Of a stretch of 64,000 bases of DNA, positions 50,295 through 59,839 are shown one piece after another (position 1 is the stretch's first letter; every line of letters begins with the position of its first letter). This DNA is from an uncultured virus (IMG/VR IMGVR_UViG_3300025018_000154). Its lineage: Duplodnaviria > Heunggongvirae > Uroviricota > Caudoviricetes. The stretch is from the IMG/VR virus record IMGVR_UViG_3300025018_000154. One strand, given 5' to 3'. The position numbers were made by a program, and so were the translations under genes. The notes below the pieces were generated by a model that worked only from the letters and a program-made list of their open reading frames with translations, searched no databases and had not been told where the DNA came from.

Positions 50295-50643
50295 TCAGCT
50301 CTCCTTCACGGGCTCGATTGGGCGCGTCACGGTCACTCCGATGCTGGGCGTCAACACCATCGGCACCGTCCTGACCGGCGGGGCCTTGGGCACCGTCCTT
50401 GCCGTCAACGCCATCGGCACCGTCAGCACCATCCTGACCGGCGGGGCCTTGGGGGCCTTGCGGACCCGGTGCGCCGTCCTGACCAGCAGGGCCTTACGGG
50501 CCGGTCGGTCCAGCGGGGCCTTCGGGGCCAGTGTCGCCGCAGAAGAACGGCGGGTTCGGCGTGTTGCACGAGTTTCCGCCGGTAGCAAAGGCCGGGCTCG
50601 CGAGAAGCGCAAGGGCGGCGAAGAGGGAGGTCATTTTCAGCAT
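50295..50643 (-). pseudogene. Disrupted exported collagen-like gene
   Basis: Signal peptide then G-X-Y repeats; TAA at 50494-50496 where Gln is expected; repeats continue in frame, then break near 50345. Confidence 0.7.
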
Positions 50644-50753
50644 GGTTCATTCCTTTTGCTGGGTTTCAGGTGCCCGACCGAGGCGGGTGGGATTTTCCCC
50701 GGCCGGGCGTCGAGGGGATCAAGGCTTTGCAGTCCAATCACCCCCCGATTCGT

Positions 50754-51896
50754 TTACCACTCGGCCAGATCGAGCAGGTTGCCGCCCCGGCGCTCGACGC
50801 CCACGCGGTCGTCCTGATTCTTGATAGACTTGGCGTAGGCGGTCACGCCGGTCACGGCATCCCAGAGGGTTTCGATGGGGCGGCTCTCTTCCCGCAGGTG
50901 GGCTTCCTTCGCGCCGTTGATCTCGGCCATCGTGAACTTCCGGTCCTTCAGGAACTTCGTCAGGTCGTCGTCCACGCGCTTCTGCTGCGCGATCTGGATG
51001 GTCTTCTCGACCGGCGCGGCCGCTGCGTTGGCGTAGTCCTTCAGGACCGGCACGATGTTCTCCATCCAGCGGTCAGGGGCACCGCTCGTGTGGCGCAGCC
51101 TGATCTCCTTGAAGCCCTGCGCGCCCCAGACGATCCGGTTGGAGCAGGCGTAGTCGAAGAGGAAGAACGCGGCCCCGAGGGACTGGCTGCCGACCTCGGA
51201 GTTCCAGACGAAGAAGCCCCGGGCGAGCGACCCGCCCTTGCCGTCACGGCGGTTGTCCATCTCGACACGGTTGGTCTCGTCCGCAAGGAAGATGAACATA
51301 TCGCGGTCGGATGCGTAGAGCGTGGTGTTGTCCTTCGTGATGTTCACCTGCTGGCCGAACTCGCCCGGCACCCGGAAGTCCCCGGTGCGGCCGTCACCGA
51401 ATTTGCCCATGAGCATACCGATGATGTCGTTGTTCCAGACGCGGCCGTAGTTCGGGCCGGTGGCGGCGCGGAGCTGCACGTGCTGGCCGACCTGCGAGAA
51501 GTCTTCGCCCGGCGCGGTGATGTCCACGTCGTTCACGGTGCGCAGGACGCCGATCTCCTGCACGTCGCGGTGAAACTGCATCCCGTAGTTGAGGGCGTCA
51601 GCGGCGAGCGGTGCGGGCAGCTTGCGCAGGTAGGAGGCCGGGGCACTGACGAGCGAGGCGAGCTGACCGAACGAGTAGTGCGTCGGGTCGATGTAGCCGT
51701 TGGAGCCTTCGATGGTCAGGCCGCGAGTCGGGTTGGCGGGATGGGGCGTGAAGCGCACCTTGCGGTTCGTGATGACGTTCTCGACCGAGTTCTCACGGCT
51801 GGCGTCTGCCATTGCCTTCATCGACGGGAGGTCCAGAAAACGCTCGTCGGCCGGGCGCTTCATCCACTGTTCGCTGCACTGCATAAGGGTAGTCAT
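50754..51896 (-). CDS. DUF932/DUF945-like protein
   Basis: YGRVWN, LYASDRDMFIFL, WNSEVG, CSNRI, RLRHT, TLWDAVTGVT. Confidence 0.7.
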   Translation of the reverse strand: MTTLMQCSEQWMKRPADERFLDLPSMKAMADASRENSVENVITNRKVRFTPHPANPTRGLTIEGSNGYIDPTHYSFGQLASLVSAPASYLRKLPAPLAADALNYGMQFHRDVQEIGVLRTVNDVDITAPGEDFSQVGQHVQLRAATGPNYGRVWNNDIIGMLMGKFGDGRTGDFRVPGEFGQQVNITKDNTTLYASDRDMFIFLADETNRVEMDNRRDGKGGSLARGFFVWNSEVGSQSLGAAFFLFDYACSNRIVWGAQGFKEIRLRHTSGAPDRWMENIVPVLKDYANAAAAPVEKTIQIAQQKRVDDDLTKFLKDRKFTMAEINGAKEAHLREESRPIETLWDAVTGVTAYAKSIKNQDDRVGVERRGGNLLDLAEW

Positions 51897-51956
51897 GAGC
51901 TTGAGTCCTTTTCAAAGGGGTTCTGCTGGACCGGAGCTTCGTGCCCCGGTGACAGA

Positions 51957-51985
51957 CAGATAGACTACCCCCGGTGGACAATCAA
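51957..51985 (-). promoter_or_regulatory. Phage promoter, conserved class
   Basis: TTGATT-gtccaccgggggtagtc-TATCTG. Confidence 0.65.
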
Positions 51986-52097
51986 GTGGTCATGACCAAC
52001 TTTTTTCCAAACCATCTGGTTTTTCGGCGCGGCGAACCGGGAATCCGCCGCGCTATTTTTTGCGGGGTTTTTCTATTTTACCCCTATTTTCATTGGC

Positions 52098-55000
52098 TTA
52101 CCCGCAGGAAGACCAACCGCAATCCACGCAGGAAGAGCACCCACTTTCCCGCTTGAAATTGTAGCCGCCGCAGTTCGGACAGGGCTTCCCCTTGACCTCG
52201 AAAGCCATCTCCGGGATGGGCATCTCGGCCAGAGAGGGGTCAACCCGGAGCGCCTTGACCGGCTTGGTGATTCCCCCAACGTCCATGTGTTCGAGCAGCT
52301 TGGTCCCGATGGCCGCGAGCGTGGAGGGCTGGTAGCCCCGCTTGCCCCAGAAGCCGCCGGTCGAGGACGAGTGGATGCGCCTGAAGTCCTCCGCGATGAA
52401 GCGGGCCTCGCCCCGGCGCATCACGGCCGAGACCGTCCGGGCGATCCCGACCATCCATTCGTCGTGCGCCGGGTCGCTCGACCGCAGGAATATCTCGAAG
52501 GGCCGGGTGACGCCGTTCTCTGTGATGTCCGAGACGGTCAGGTAGACCGCCTTGTTCGAGCCGACCTTGATCTTGTAGGTCGTCCCGGACAGGGCCTCGG
52601 GTCGCTGGATCAGGTCGCCCTCGTCCCGGTCGAGTTCGAGGTTGGCCTTGGCAAAGCTCGCGGCCTGCGCCTCGATCTCTTCCGGGGACATCTCGTATTC
52701 CCGGGCTGCCTCGATCAGCTCGTCCAGATCGGGCTTCTCTTCCTTCGGGGGATCGACGGACAAGACGGAGCCCGTGACATCGTTCGGCCGGTAGGTCGTG
52801 CAGCCCTTGCAGCCCGTGTCATACGCCTGATCGTAGACTGCCTTGAAGTCCTCGAACGAGATGTCCTCCGGGCAGTTGATCGTCTTCGAGATCGACGAGT
52901 CCACGTGGCGCTGGGCGGCTGCCTGCATGATGACGTGCTCGTGCGGCTTCAGCTCTTGGGCCGTCACGAAGTAGTCGGGCAGGGGCTCGTCGCCACGCAG
53001 CTCGCGCCAGAGCTGGACGGCATAGTCCACGACCTCTTCCTCGGTGCGCGTGCCGTCCTTCTGCAAGACCTTGCGCTTGTAGGCGAGGGCGAAGACCGGC
53101 TCGATCCCGGAGGACACGTTGCCAGCGTAGAGCGAGATCGTCCCGGTCGGCGCGATGCTGGTCAACAGGGCGTTGCGGATGCCGTGCTCGCGGATCGCGG
53201 CCTTCACGTCGTCAGGCATGGTCGAGGCGTGGGTGCCGTCGGCAAGGAACTTGTCGGCATCGAAGAGCGGGAACGCCCCCTTCTCCTTTGCCAGCTCGAC
53301 CGAGGCCCGGTAGGCTTCCACGTCGATCAGGCGCATCCACTTGTCCAGCCGCTCGGCAGCCTCTTCCGTGCCATAGCGCAGGCGGACCATCATGAGTGCG
53401 TCGGCCACGCCGGTCACGCCCAGCCCGATCCGGCGCTTGTTCTCGGCCTCTTCCTTCTGCTGGGGCAGCGGGAAGTTCGAGACATCGACCACGTTGTCCA
53501 TCATGCGGACGGCCGTGTGGACGAGCTTCTTCAGGCGGTGGGAATCGAGCCCGGCGTTGTCCGCGAACGGCTTGTCGATAAGCCGGGCCAGATTGATCGA
53601 GCCGAGCAGGCACGCGCCGTAGGGAGGCAACGGCTGTTCGCCGCAAGGATTCGTAGCGGCGATGGTCTCGACGTAGTTGAGGTTGTTCGCCTTGTTGATC
53701 CGGTCGATGAAGATCACGCCGGGCTCGGCATAGCCGTAGGTGGATCGGAGAATCGTGTCCCAGAGTTCTCGGGCGTTGACGACCCGGTGGACGTAGCGCG
53801 GCAGGCCGTCTCCGTCCCGGCCGGTGCTCCCCAGATGATCCAGAATCTCGGTATTCAGGCCAGAGTGCGGGCCGGTAGCAGGCGGCTCGACATGGACAAG
53901 AGGCCAGTCTGCATCCGACCGAACCGCCTTCATGAAGTCGTCTGTCACCAGCACGCTCATGTTGAACATGCGCAGGCGCGCGGCGTCCTGCTTGGCGGTG
54001 ATGAAGTCTTCGATGTCCGGGTGGTCGCAGCGCATGGTCGCCATCATGGCTCCCCGTCGTGATCCTGCGGACATGACCGTTCGGCACATGGCGTCCCAGC
54101 AGTCCATGAAGGTCAGCGGGCCGGAGGCGTCCGCGCCGAGCTTCTTGACCAAGGCACCCTTCGGCCGGATCGGGCTGAAGTCGTAGCCGATGCCCCCGCC
54201 CTGCTGCATGGTCAGAGCCGCTTCCTTCAGCATCGAGAAGATGCCGTCCATCGAGTCGGGGATCGTCCCCATCACGAAGCATTGCCCCGTGTGGATGCCG
54301 AGATCGAGTTGCACCGAATCCGTCGAAAGAACACGAGGACAATAGACCGGCTCCGGGTCCGCATACGACCCAATCTCGATAACTTCCCAGCCGGGTTCCG
54401 ACGCCACGAAGTTCGCAAGATGCTTGGCAAGAAGGAAGTCATCTTCGGTCATCGTCCAGCGGTGGAAGCCGACATTGAACAGCGGTTTGTTGCGAGGCCC
54501 AAGATTGGTCTTCGTAGGTTGCGCCGTAGCGAAGGAAACCTCCATCCCGGCAATCGCACCGAACTTGCGAAGCCATGCGAGTTCTTCTTCCCCGCAGGAA
54601 AGAATGGCCTTCATATCACGGGCACAAACGCTGCCATCCGTGGCGAGCCAGCCACGAAGAAAGCCCGTGAGGTATTCGACATTGTGGGTGATCGAAGACG
54701 GGAGAGCCTTCAGATCAAGACGAATACCCGTAAGACGAACGAGGGGGTCCCCGTCGAAACTGGGCGGTTCCGTAATAGCGACACCCGGATGCGAATCGAA
54801 GAACTCGATAAGATCAGCCTTGTCCCCGCAGAGGCGGATACGGAACGAACGAAGGCCCTCGGTGTTGGTGGATTCCAAAGAGCCATCACCGTAGATCAGG
54901 CCGTGGGCAACTCCGAGACGGTAGGACGGGCAGTCTTCGACTTCCTTACGGCGGACGAACTTCAACTTGTCCCCAGCGGCGAGTTGTTCTGTGGTTTTCT

Positions 55001-55493
55001 CAGAACCGTCGGCCATGACCCAGCGATGCCCAGCAGTCGCCCGGATCGTCTTGCGCTTCCGACGATTATATCCGCCTGCGAGAATGACATTCGCCACGGG
55101 CTGTTCTCCGAACGAGTTGATCGGAGCAGCAATCCATTCGCCGTTCCCGTCGAGAACATGGACGTTCATGCCCGCGATCTCGCCAATCTGCACGAGGCCG
55201 TGTTCTTTCGTCAGAATCGTCGTGTCGGCAGCGAGGCAGTTGAACAAGGTCACACTGCGCCCGGTGCCCGCGCCTGCGGTGATCCGCCCGGCGGGGAGAT
55301 ACTGGAAGTCTTCGAGCGCCTTGTAGAACTCGTCCTCGCGCTCGATGTCGAGCCCTTCCGGCTCGGCCAGCGCCCCGGCGATCCTGCGCCACGTGTCCTC
55401 GACGGTCTGGTCAACCGGCGTGCCGTGGTTGTCCTTCAGGCGGTATTTCATATCCCAGATTTGCTCGGAGATAGGAGCAGAGAAGCGTGTCAT
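52098..55493 (-). CDS. nrdJ: Class II (B12-dependent) ribonucleotide reductase with intein, C-terminal TSCPD-like domain and zinc ribbon
   Basis: [44 protein letters not shown]. Confidence 0.93.
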   Translation of the reverse strand: MTRFSAPISEQIWDMKYRLKDNHGTPVDQTVEDTWRRIAGALAEPEGLDIEREDEFYKALEDFQYLPAGRITAGAGTGRSVTLFNCLAADTTILTKEHGLVQIGEIAGMNVHVLDGNGEWIAAPINSFGEQPVANVILAGGYNRRKRKTIRATAGHRWVMADGSEKTTEQLAAGDKLKFVRRKEVEDCPSYRLGVAHGLIYGDGSLESTNTEGLRSFRIRLCGDKADLIEFFDSHPGVAITEPPSFDGDPLVRLTGIRLDLKALPSSITHNVEYLTGFLRGWLATDGSVCARDMKAILSCGEEELAWLRKFGAIAGMEVSFATAQPTKTNLGPRNKPLFNVGFHRWTMTEDDFLLAKHLANFVASEPGWEVIEIGSYADPEPVYCPRVLSTDSVQLDLGIHTGQCFVMGTIPDSMDGIFSMLKEAALTMQQGGGIGYDFSPIRPKGALVKKLGADASGPLTFMDCWDAMCRTVMSAGSRRGAMMATMRCDHPDIEDFITAKQDAARLRMFNMSVLVTDDFMKAVRSDADWPLVHVEPPATGPHSGLNTEILDHLGSTGRDGDGLPRYVHRVVNARELWDTILRSTYGYAEPGVIFIDRINKANNLNYVETIAATNPCGEQPLPPYGACLLGSINLARLIDKPFADNAGLDSHRLKKLVHTAVRMMDNVVDVSNFPLPQQKEEAENKRRIGLGVTGVADALMMVRLRYGTEEAAERLDKWMRLIDVEAYRASVELAKEKGAFPLFDADKFLADGTHASTMPDDVKAAIREHGIRNALLTSIAPTGTISLYAGNVSSGIEPVFALAYKRKVLQKDGTRTEEEVVDYAVQLWRELRGDEPLPDYFVTAQELKPHEHVIMQAAAQRHVDSSISKTINCPEDISFEDFKAVYDQAYDTGCKGCTTYRPNDVTGSVLSVDPPKEEKPDLDELIEAAREYEMSPEEIEAQAASFAKANLELDRDEGDLIQRPEALSGTTYKIKVGSNKAVYLTVSDITENGVTRPFEIFLRSSDPAHDEWMVGIARTVSAVMRRGEARFIAEDFRRIHSSSTGGFWGKRGYQPSTLAAIGTKLLEHMDVGGITKPVKALRVDPSLAEMPIPEMAFEVKGKPCPNCGGYNFKRESGCSSCVDCGWSSCG
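54282..55238 (-). mobile_element. 319-aa intein with LAGLIDADG endonuclease, ending in Gln
   Basis: [10 protein letters not shown]...[15 protein letters not shown] block B; HGLIYGDG and RGWLATDG; lower GC than flanks. Confidence 0.9.
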
Positions 55494-55526
55494 GATTTTC
55501 CCTCATATTGATTCGACCCGGCCAAC

Positions 55527-55736
55527 CTACGCCATATGTAGCGGTCGGGACAGCTTCAGTTCATCCAGCGCCTCGTCAACGTCGAGAGGCCAGACCGACC
55601 AATCCAACCGCTCCGCAGAGATCAGGTGAATAGGCATCCCGCGCCGGATGGGGGCGACGGGTTTCTCGGCGCACGCCTTGCAGAGCCCGTCGTCATCACG
55701 GCGGGCTCTGCGGGCGCAAGATCGGCACTTCTTCAA
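55527..55736 (-). CDS. Small zinc-binding hypothetical protein
   Basis: CRSC..LCKAC; TTGA overlap start. Confidence 0.5.
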   Translation of the reverse strand: MKKCRSCARRARRDDDGLCKACAEKPVAPIRRGMPIHLISAERLDWSVWPLDVDEALDELKLSRPLHMA

Positions 55737-56263
55737 GGCTGAATCCGTGCGAGCTGAAGCAGCTCCTTCAGGCGGTCTTCCGAGATCGGCGGCATGGGCT
55801 TGTTCCACGGGGCCGGGGCGTTGCCGAAGACCCAGAGCCATTCGACCGTCTCGGCCGCCTTGTCATACTGGTGGACCAGCTCTCGGGTAGATCGGGCCGG
55901 GTAAGCGCGCCCCCGGGCCGCGCAGATCGCCCGGTCGAGGCCGTCTTCGATCCGGTGGAGCACGTTGGTTTCGTAGGAGATCAGCGACTTGATCGGACCC
56001 GGAATGTCCCCGGTGATCGCCTCATGGTCGTCGTGGTGCAGGCACCAGTCGATGACCTCTTCCCGTTCGTTCATCTCCTGCGCCAGTAGGGCGACGAGAT
56101 GGCGGTGCTGGTGGACGGTCAGCGCCCTCGGGTCGTTCGACCAGCGGTGCATGATCCGCAGGCGATCCTCGATAGCCCGTAGGTCGATCTGACCGGGGCA
56201 GGGGTTCATGATGTCGCGAATCAAAGACTTCCCGACTTGGAGGCAGTAGACCTTCATTTCCAT
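55733..56263 (-). CDS. HD-domain nucleotidase (YfbR-like)
   Basis: TVHQH, LHHDDHEAITGDIPGPIK, YD..AE..E. Confidence 0.8.
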   Translation of the reverse strand: MEMKVYCLQVGKSLIRDIMNPCPGQIDLRAIEDRLRIMHRWSNDPRALTVHQHRHLVALLAQEMNEREEVIDWCLHHDDHEAITGDIPGPIKSLISYETNVLHRIEDGLDRAICAARGRAYPARSTRELVHQYDKAAETVEWLWVFGNAPAPWNKPMPPISEDRLKELLQLARIQP

Positions 56264-56601
56264 TCCTTCAGAGCTGCGAAAGCCGCGCCGCAGCCCTCTT
56301 CGTCAACTTGCGTTTGAATGTCCTTCATCGCCTTATCCACGGCCGCCTTCAAGGCGTGGTGGAGCCAGAAGCCGATCCTGCGGCCCGTGGAGTGGCCCCC
56401 TGCACCCAGATAGGTCATGTCGGTGTAGTAGTAGCGGCCGACCTCCGAGGTCGCGTTGAGTGCGGCCTTCGCGGCGTCCATGTTGGCGTAGTCGATGGGG
56501 CCGGAGAGAGACTCGGGGGTCTTGTGGTAGTCCCAGACCTCGCCCTTGTATTCCAGCAGCTTGCCGTCCATCGGGCCACCGATGATAAGTCCTCTGTTCA
56601 T
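56254..56601 (-). CDS. Hypothetical protein
   Basis: MNRGLIIGGPMDG start, coupled to neighbours. Confidence 0.65.
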   Translation of the reverse strand: MNRGLIIGGPMDGKLLEYKGEVWDYHKTPESLSGPIDYANMDAAKAALNATSEVGRYYYTDMTYLGAGGHSTGRRIGFWLHHALKAAVDKAMKDIQTQVDEEGCGAAFAALKEWK

Positions 56602-56822
56602 TGTGCGTGCTCCGGGCAGGTGAATGTGGTGCGGCGGACAGTCCAGCCCCGGCGCTTGGCGATGTTGTGGAGAACTTCGGGCGGCTTGCGCTTGCCGCAG
56701 ATGACGACCTCGACCGTGTTCTGGCAGCTCTCGCAGGAGCACGGGAGGACGTGAAGGCGCTGGGTTCCATCGCCAACGCGACGGACGGTTTCGACGATGC
56801 CAGGGTATGATGCTTTCCGCAT
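56598..56822 (-). CDS. Small zinc-binding hypothetical protein
   Basis: CESC..RGW..TCPEH; GAGGAG RBS. Confidence 0.65.
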   Translation of the reverse strand: MRKASYPGIVETVRRVGDGTQRLHVLPCSCESCQNTVEVVICGKRKPPEVLHNIAKRRGWTVRRTTFTCPEHAQ

Positions 56823-56834
56823 GATGGACTCCTC

Positions 56835-56875
56835 TGTCTACCGCAGAACATAGAGGCCCTGCGGTAGACAATCAA
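56835..56875 (-). promoter_or_regulatory. Phage promoter with overlapping 12-bp perfect inverted repeat (operator candidate)
   Basis: TTGATT-17-TATGTT; TGTCTACCGCAG (56835-56846) and CTGCGGTAGACA (56859-56870). Confidence 0.7.
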
Positions 56876-56877
56876 GC

Positions 56878-57327
56878 CTAGATTGGCACTTTCTGCGAGA
56901 TCAGGTCTTCCCAGCTCGGCCGCAGGACATTGCCCGGGTCGAACTGGATTGCCGTCAGCCCCACACCGAAGGGGTCTTGCGACCCGGGCGCGGTCTTCTC
57001 GAAGAGCTGGCAAGCGATCACCCCGGGCTGCTCCCGAAGCAGCGTCTCGATGGGGGTCTGCGTGACCTCGCAGTAGCGCACCAGCTTGTCCAGCTCGTCA
57101 TAGGTGGACGTAGAGAACAGCCGGGGCTTCCGGGCCGAGCGGATCGAGAAGAGGCCCCAGCGGCCACGAGAGGCGTTATCTACGGCGTGCGGGAGGCTGT
57201 TGACGATCTCGACCGGCAGCTCGTCCACCGGCACGGCAAGACCATATTGCGGGTTCCTGCCGTCCGGGCCGGGCGACGGCTCGGTCAGGGACAGATAGTT
57301 CATGCGGGATACGTGGAACTCGATCAT
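56878..57327 (-). CDS. Hypothetical protein
   Basis: 149 aa, ATGA-coupled. Confidence 0.65.
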   Translation of the reverse strand: MIEFHVSRMNYLSLTEPSPGPDGRNPQYGLAVPVDELPVEIVNSLPHAVDNASRGRWGLFSIRSARKPRLFSTSTYDELDKLVRYCEVTQTPIETLLREQPGVIACQLFEKTAPGSQDPFGVGLTAIQFDPGNVLRPSWEDLISQKVPI

Positions 57328-57887
57328 TCGGGCATGTCCCCTATCAGGTCGCCAGCTTCCTCCGGGATGCGGGCGAGTTCGGACTGGTAGTGGTCATGCT
57401 CTTCCTGCCACTGCTCGAACGCGGCCCAGCCATCCGGGTTGGACTCGTCGTCGCCCTCGGGCTCTTCCATCTCGTCGGGCTCTTCAAGGTCGGTCAGCTC
57501 TTGGGCCAGCGTATCCAGCTCGTCCGCGATCCGCTCGGCCTCGTTGGCCCGGTTCTCGATCATCTGGCCCGTGTCGCCCTGCTGAAGCCCCTCCGGCATG
57601 TTGTCGAAGTTGTTCTGGGCCTCTTCCCCGATCTCGCGGATCGCCTCGGCCGCAGCGGTGATCGCCTCGGCGTCCTTGTCGCCGCGCTCCCATTCCTCCT
57701 GCATCCCATACCACGCCTGCTTGAACGGCGAGCTGGTAAGCTGGCTCTGGGTGAAGGGGGTCTTGGACCGCATCACCTTCGACGAGCGAGGCCCCGTCTT
57801 CATCTTCGTGTAGTAATACATCTCGCCCTTGACGATCCCTTGGTTGGGATAGTCCTTGCGGGCTTTCACGTGCTTCACTCTGGGCAT
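57324..57887 (-). CDS. Hypothetical protein with basic N-terminus and very acidic helical C-terminus
   Basis: FDNMPEGLQQGDTG; AAGGA RBS. Confidence 0.75.
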   Translation of the reverse strand: MPRVKHVKARKDYPNQGIVKGEMYYYTKMKTGPRSSKVMRSKTPFTQSQLTSSPFKQAWYGMQEEWERGDKDAEAITAAAEAIREIGEEAQNNFDNMPEGLQQGDTGQMIENRANEAERIADELDTLAQELTDLEEPDEMEEPEGDDESNPDGWAAFEQWQEEHDHYQSELARIPEEAGDLIGDMPE

Positions 57888-57889
57888 AG

Positions 57890-58099
57890 TCAGGAGTCCT
57901 TCTTCAGTCGGTTGAGAATTGCTTCACCACGGAAGCGGGCGTAGTCGGGGCTCTTGTCCTCGAACTTCACGCGCAGCTCGCCGTAGTCGATGGTTTCGTC
58001 AGCACCCAGCTCGTGAGCGATCTCCCGGGCGCGCTCGATCTGGTCGGCCGGGACTTCCTCTTCGCTGAAGGTGATCCACACGTCGGTCTGGAATTGCAT
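57890..58099 (-). CDS. Hypothetical protein
   Basis: GGGGAG RBS, MQFQTDV start. Confidence 0.6.
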   Translation of the reverse strand: MQFQTDVWITFSEEEVPADQIERAREIAHELGADETIDYGELRVKFEDKSPDYARFRGEAILNRLKKDS

Positions 58100-58153
58100 G
58101 TCGCTCCCCTTTTGGTGCGGCCCGGAAGGCAAAACCCTCCGGGCGGATTCGTT

Positions 58154-58633
58154 TCAGAGGAACCGGATCGAGTATTCGTCGGCTTGGCAGAGGTCGAGGG
58201 CGGCCTTGGCCGCGTCCTTCTTCGTGCCGATGGTCACGGTCTCGACGATGCCATAGCAGGTGGGCAGCTCGACGTTCGCCATTGCGGTCAGGCTCTCCCC
58301 ACCACGGCCGTTGACGATCAGGAAGGCGGCCCGGTTCGGCGCGAGCGCCCCGGCGATGGACCAGAGCTTGCCGTCCTTCTCCGCATCGCGCTCGGACAGC
58401 TCGCGGTCCTTGACCATGATCTCGGTCATGATGCTGGCGGCAGAGAGGGTGGGGGTTTCGTTGCGGGCGCAGACGGCGCGGACTGCCTCTTGCACACCCT
58501 TGCCCTCGGCTTGGGCTTCGAGGAAGTGGACGCACCACATGAACGGGCGGCCCGTCGTCTGGGCCAGCTCTTCGGCGCGGGTCATCGAGATCATCGGGCC
58601 GGGGGTCACGGTCTCTACGGTCTTGTCGGTCAT
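58154..58633 (-). CDS. Hypothetical protein
   Basis: GGAG RBS, MTDKTVE start, downstream of a promoter. Confidence 0.65.
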   Translation of the reverse strand: MTDKTVETVTPGPMISMTRAEELAQTTGRPFMWCVHFLEAQAEGKGVQEAVRAVCARNETPTLSAASIMTEIMVKDRELSERDAEKDGKLWSIAGALAPNRAAFLIVNGRGGESLTAMANVELPTCYGIVETVTIGTKKDAAKAALDLCQADEYSIRFL

Positions 58634-58669
58634 CTTCGGTCTCCCGGGGCGGGAATCGCCCTCGCCAGA

Positions 58670-58698
58670 GAGATAGACCACCGCGAGTAGACAATCAA
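58670..58698 (-). promoter_or_regulatory. Phage promoter, conserved class
   Basis: TTGATT-gtctactcgcggtggtc-TATCTC. Confidence 0.65.
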
Positions 58699-58703
58699 TA
58701 GGG

Positions 58704-58774
58704 GTCGCTCAACTTTCGTCGCTCAACTTTTGGCGATTCCTAGAATCAGATTCGTTTGCGCGGATTCGTTTGCG
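58704..58774. repeat. Two pairs of short direct repeats with four GANTC sites
   Basis: GTCGCTCAACTTT x2 and GATTCGTTTGCG x2. Confidence 0.8.
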
Positions 58775-58913
58775 TGCGAGGGGGTCTGGAATGAGAAGGG
58801 CCGGTCAAGGCTCCCGCGCCCTAGACCGACCCCCGCGTTATGGGACTAACGCTGCCCTCTCCTGACAGGCCCGTGACCTCGGGTTCGCCCTATCGCCTCG
58901 GATAGTAGCGCGA

Positions 58914-59384
58914 TCAGGCTGGATCGGCAAGTCTGGTGCGATCTGCTCGGCAAGCGTCGATGTCGAAAGCTGCGTTGAGCTGGCGAACCCCTGCCCACTG
59001 CTGGCGACAGTAAAGGGCCAAGGTCAAGTCGAGCCGTTGGGCCAAGCTGGCGTTCTCTGGGGACGGGACTTCGGCAATGCGCTGGGCGGCGAAGAGCATA
59101 AGGGTCTCGCACTCTGCGACGTGGACCGGAAGGTGGGAAGTGAAGTTGTTGGCGCAGTAATCGAGCGCAGCGTTGATCTCGGCCAAGGTCGTTCGTTCCG
59201 AGAGGTTGGCCGGGAAGCTCCGAATCACCCCGGAGTCGATGACCCGGGCTTGGTCGGCCGTGAGCGGGTTGTCCGTGATGGTCTCCCAGAGGTCTTTCGG
59301 CGTCGGGAACATGACCACCGTGGCAGTCATGATTGCAGCAAAAGCGTGAGAGATCATTCCGTTCATAGTTAAACCATTTGCCAT
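58914..59384 (-). CDS. Hypothetical protein, possibly exported
   Basis: Hydrophobic N-terminus, four Cys; start uncertain. Confidence 0.5.
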   Translation of the reverse strand: MANGLTMNGMISHAFAAIMTATVVMFPTPKDLWETITDNPLTADQARVIDSGVIRSFPANLSERTTLAEINAALDYCANNFTSHLPVHVAECETLMLFAAQRIAEVPSPENASLAQRLDLTLALYCRQQWAGVRQLNAAFDIDACRADRTRLADPA

Positions 59385-59515
59385 TTGTGTCTCCGGGGCT
59401 TTCCCATCTCACCGCTCGCAATGGCCCCGGGGGCTATGCGCTCGGTCGGTCGCCGCGCTGGCGGACCTTGGCGCTAAGACATACGCGAGCTTGGGTTGCC
59501 TGTCAAAGCCGCCGG

Positions 59516-59588
59516 AAATTTTGAACGGGCCAGACTCCCGAAGTAGTGGCGAAAAAATTTTGAACGGGCCAGACTCCCGAAGTAGTGG
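59516..59588. repeat. Perfect 34-bp direct repeat x2
   Basis: AAATTTTGAACGGGCCAGACTCCCGAAGTAGTGG at 59516 and 59555. Confidence 0.9.
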
Positions 59589-59839
59589 AGCGGCGGGTCC
59601 GTGCGCTTGCAGGTAGAACTCTTGATCCGGGCGCACCGTTCCCTCTCGCGGGTGGATCGGCCGCGCGATTCGCAAGATTCCGCCGTTCACGGGACGTTCC
59701 GGGAACATCGCAACCCATTGGAATCGTTGACGGAATCCGGCCCCCCGGGGGCGATCGCACGCGGAACGGCCCGCAACCCGTTGAAACTAAACGGTTTTTC
59801 GCGTTCCGGGGGCGAAAACCGCCCGCCGGGCCGCGATCC

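Noticed and set aside
50494..50496. Stop-codon reassignment suggested by the in-frame TAA
   Set aside because: TAA, TAG and TGA all terminate other genes normally; single nonsense event
50295..50612. 105-aa ORF from the track (MRFSRARP..)
   Set aside because: Off-frame reading of the collagen-like repeats; only its last ~18 codons may be a real gene remnant
48985..56263. 2-aminoadenine (Z-genome) pathway from DUF550, HD hydrolase and PolA
   Set aside because: No PurZ/PurA homologue in the window; both families are common in ordinary phages; restriction-site avoidance and an adenine methylase suggest normal bases
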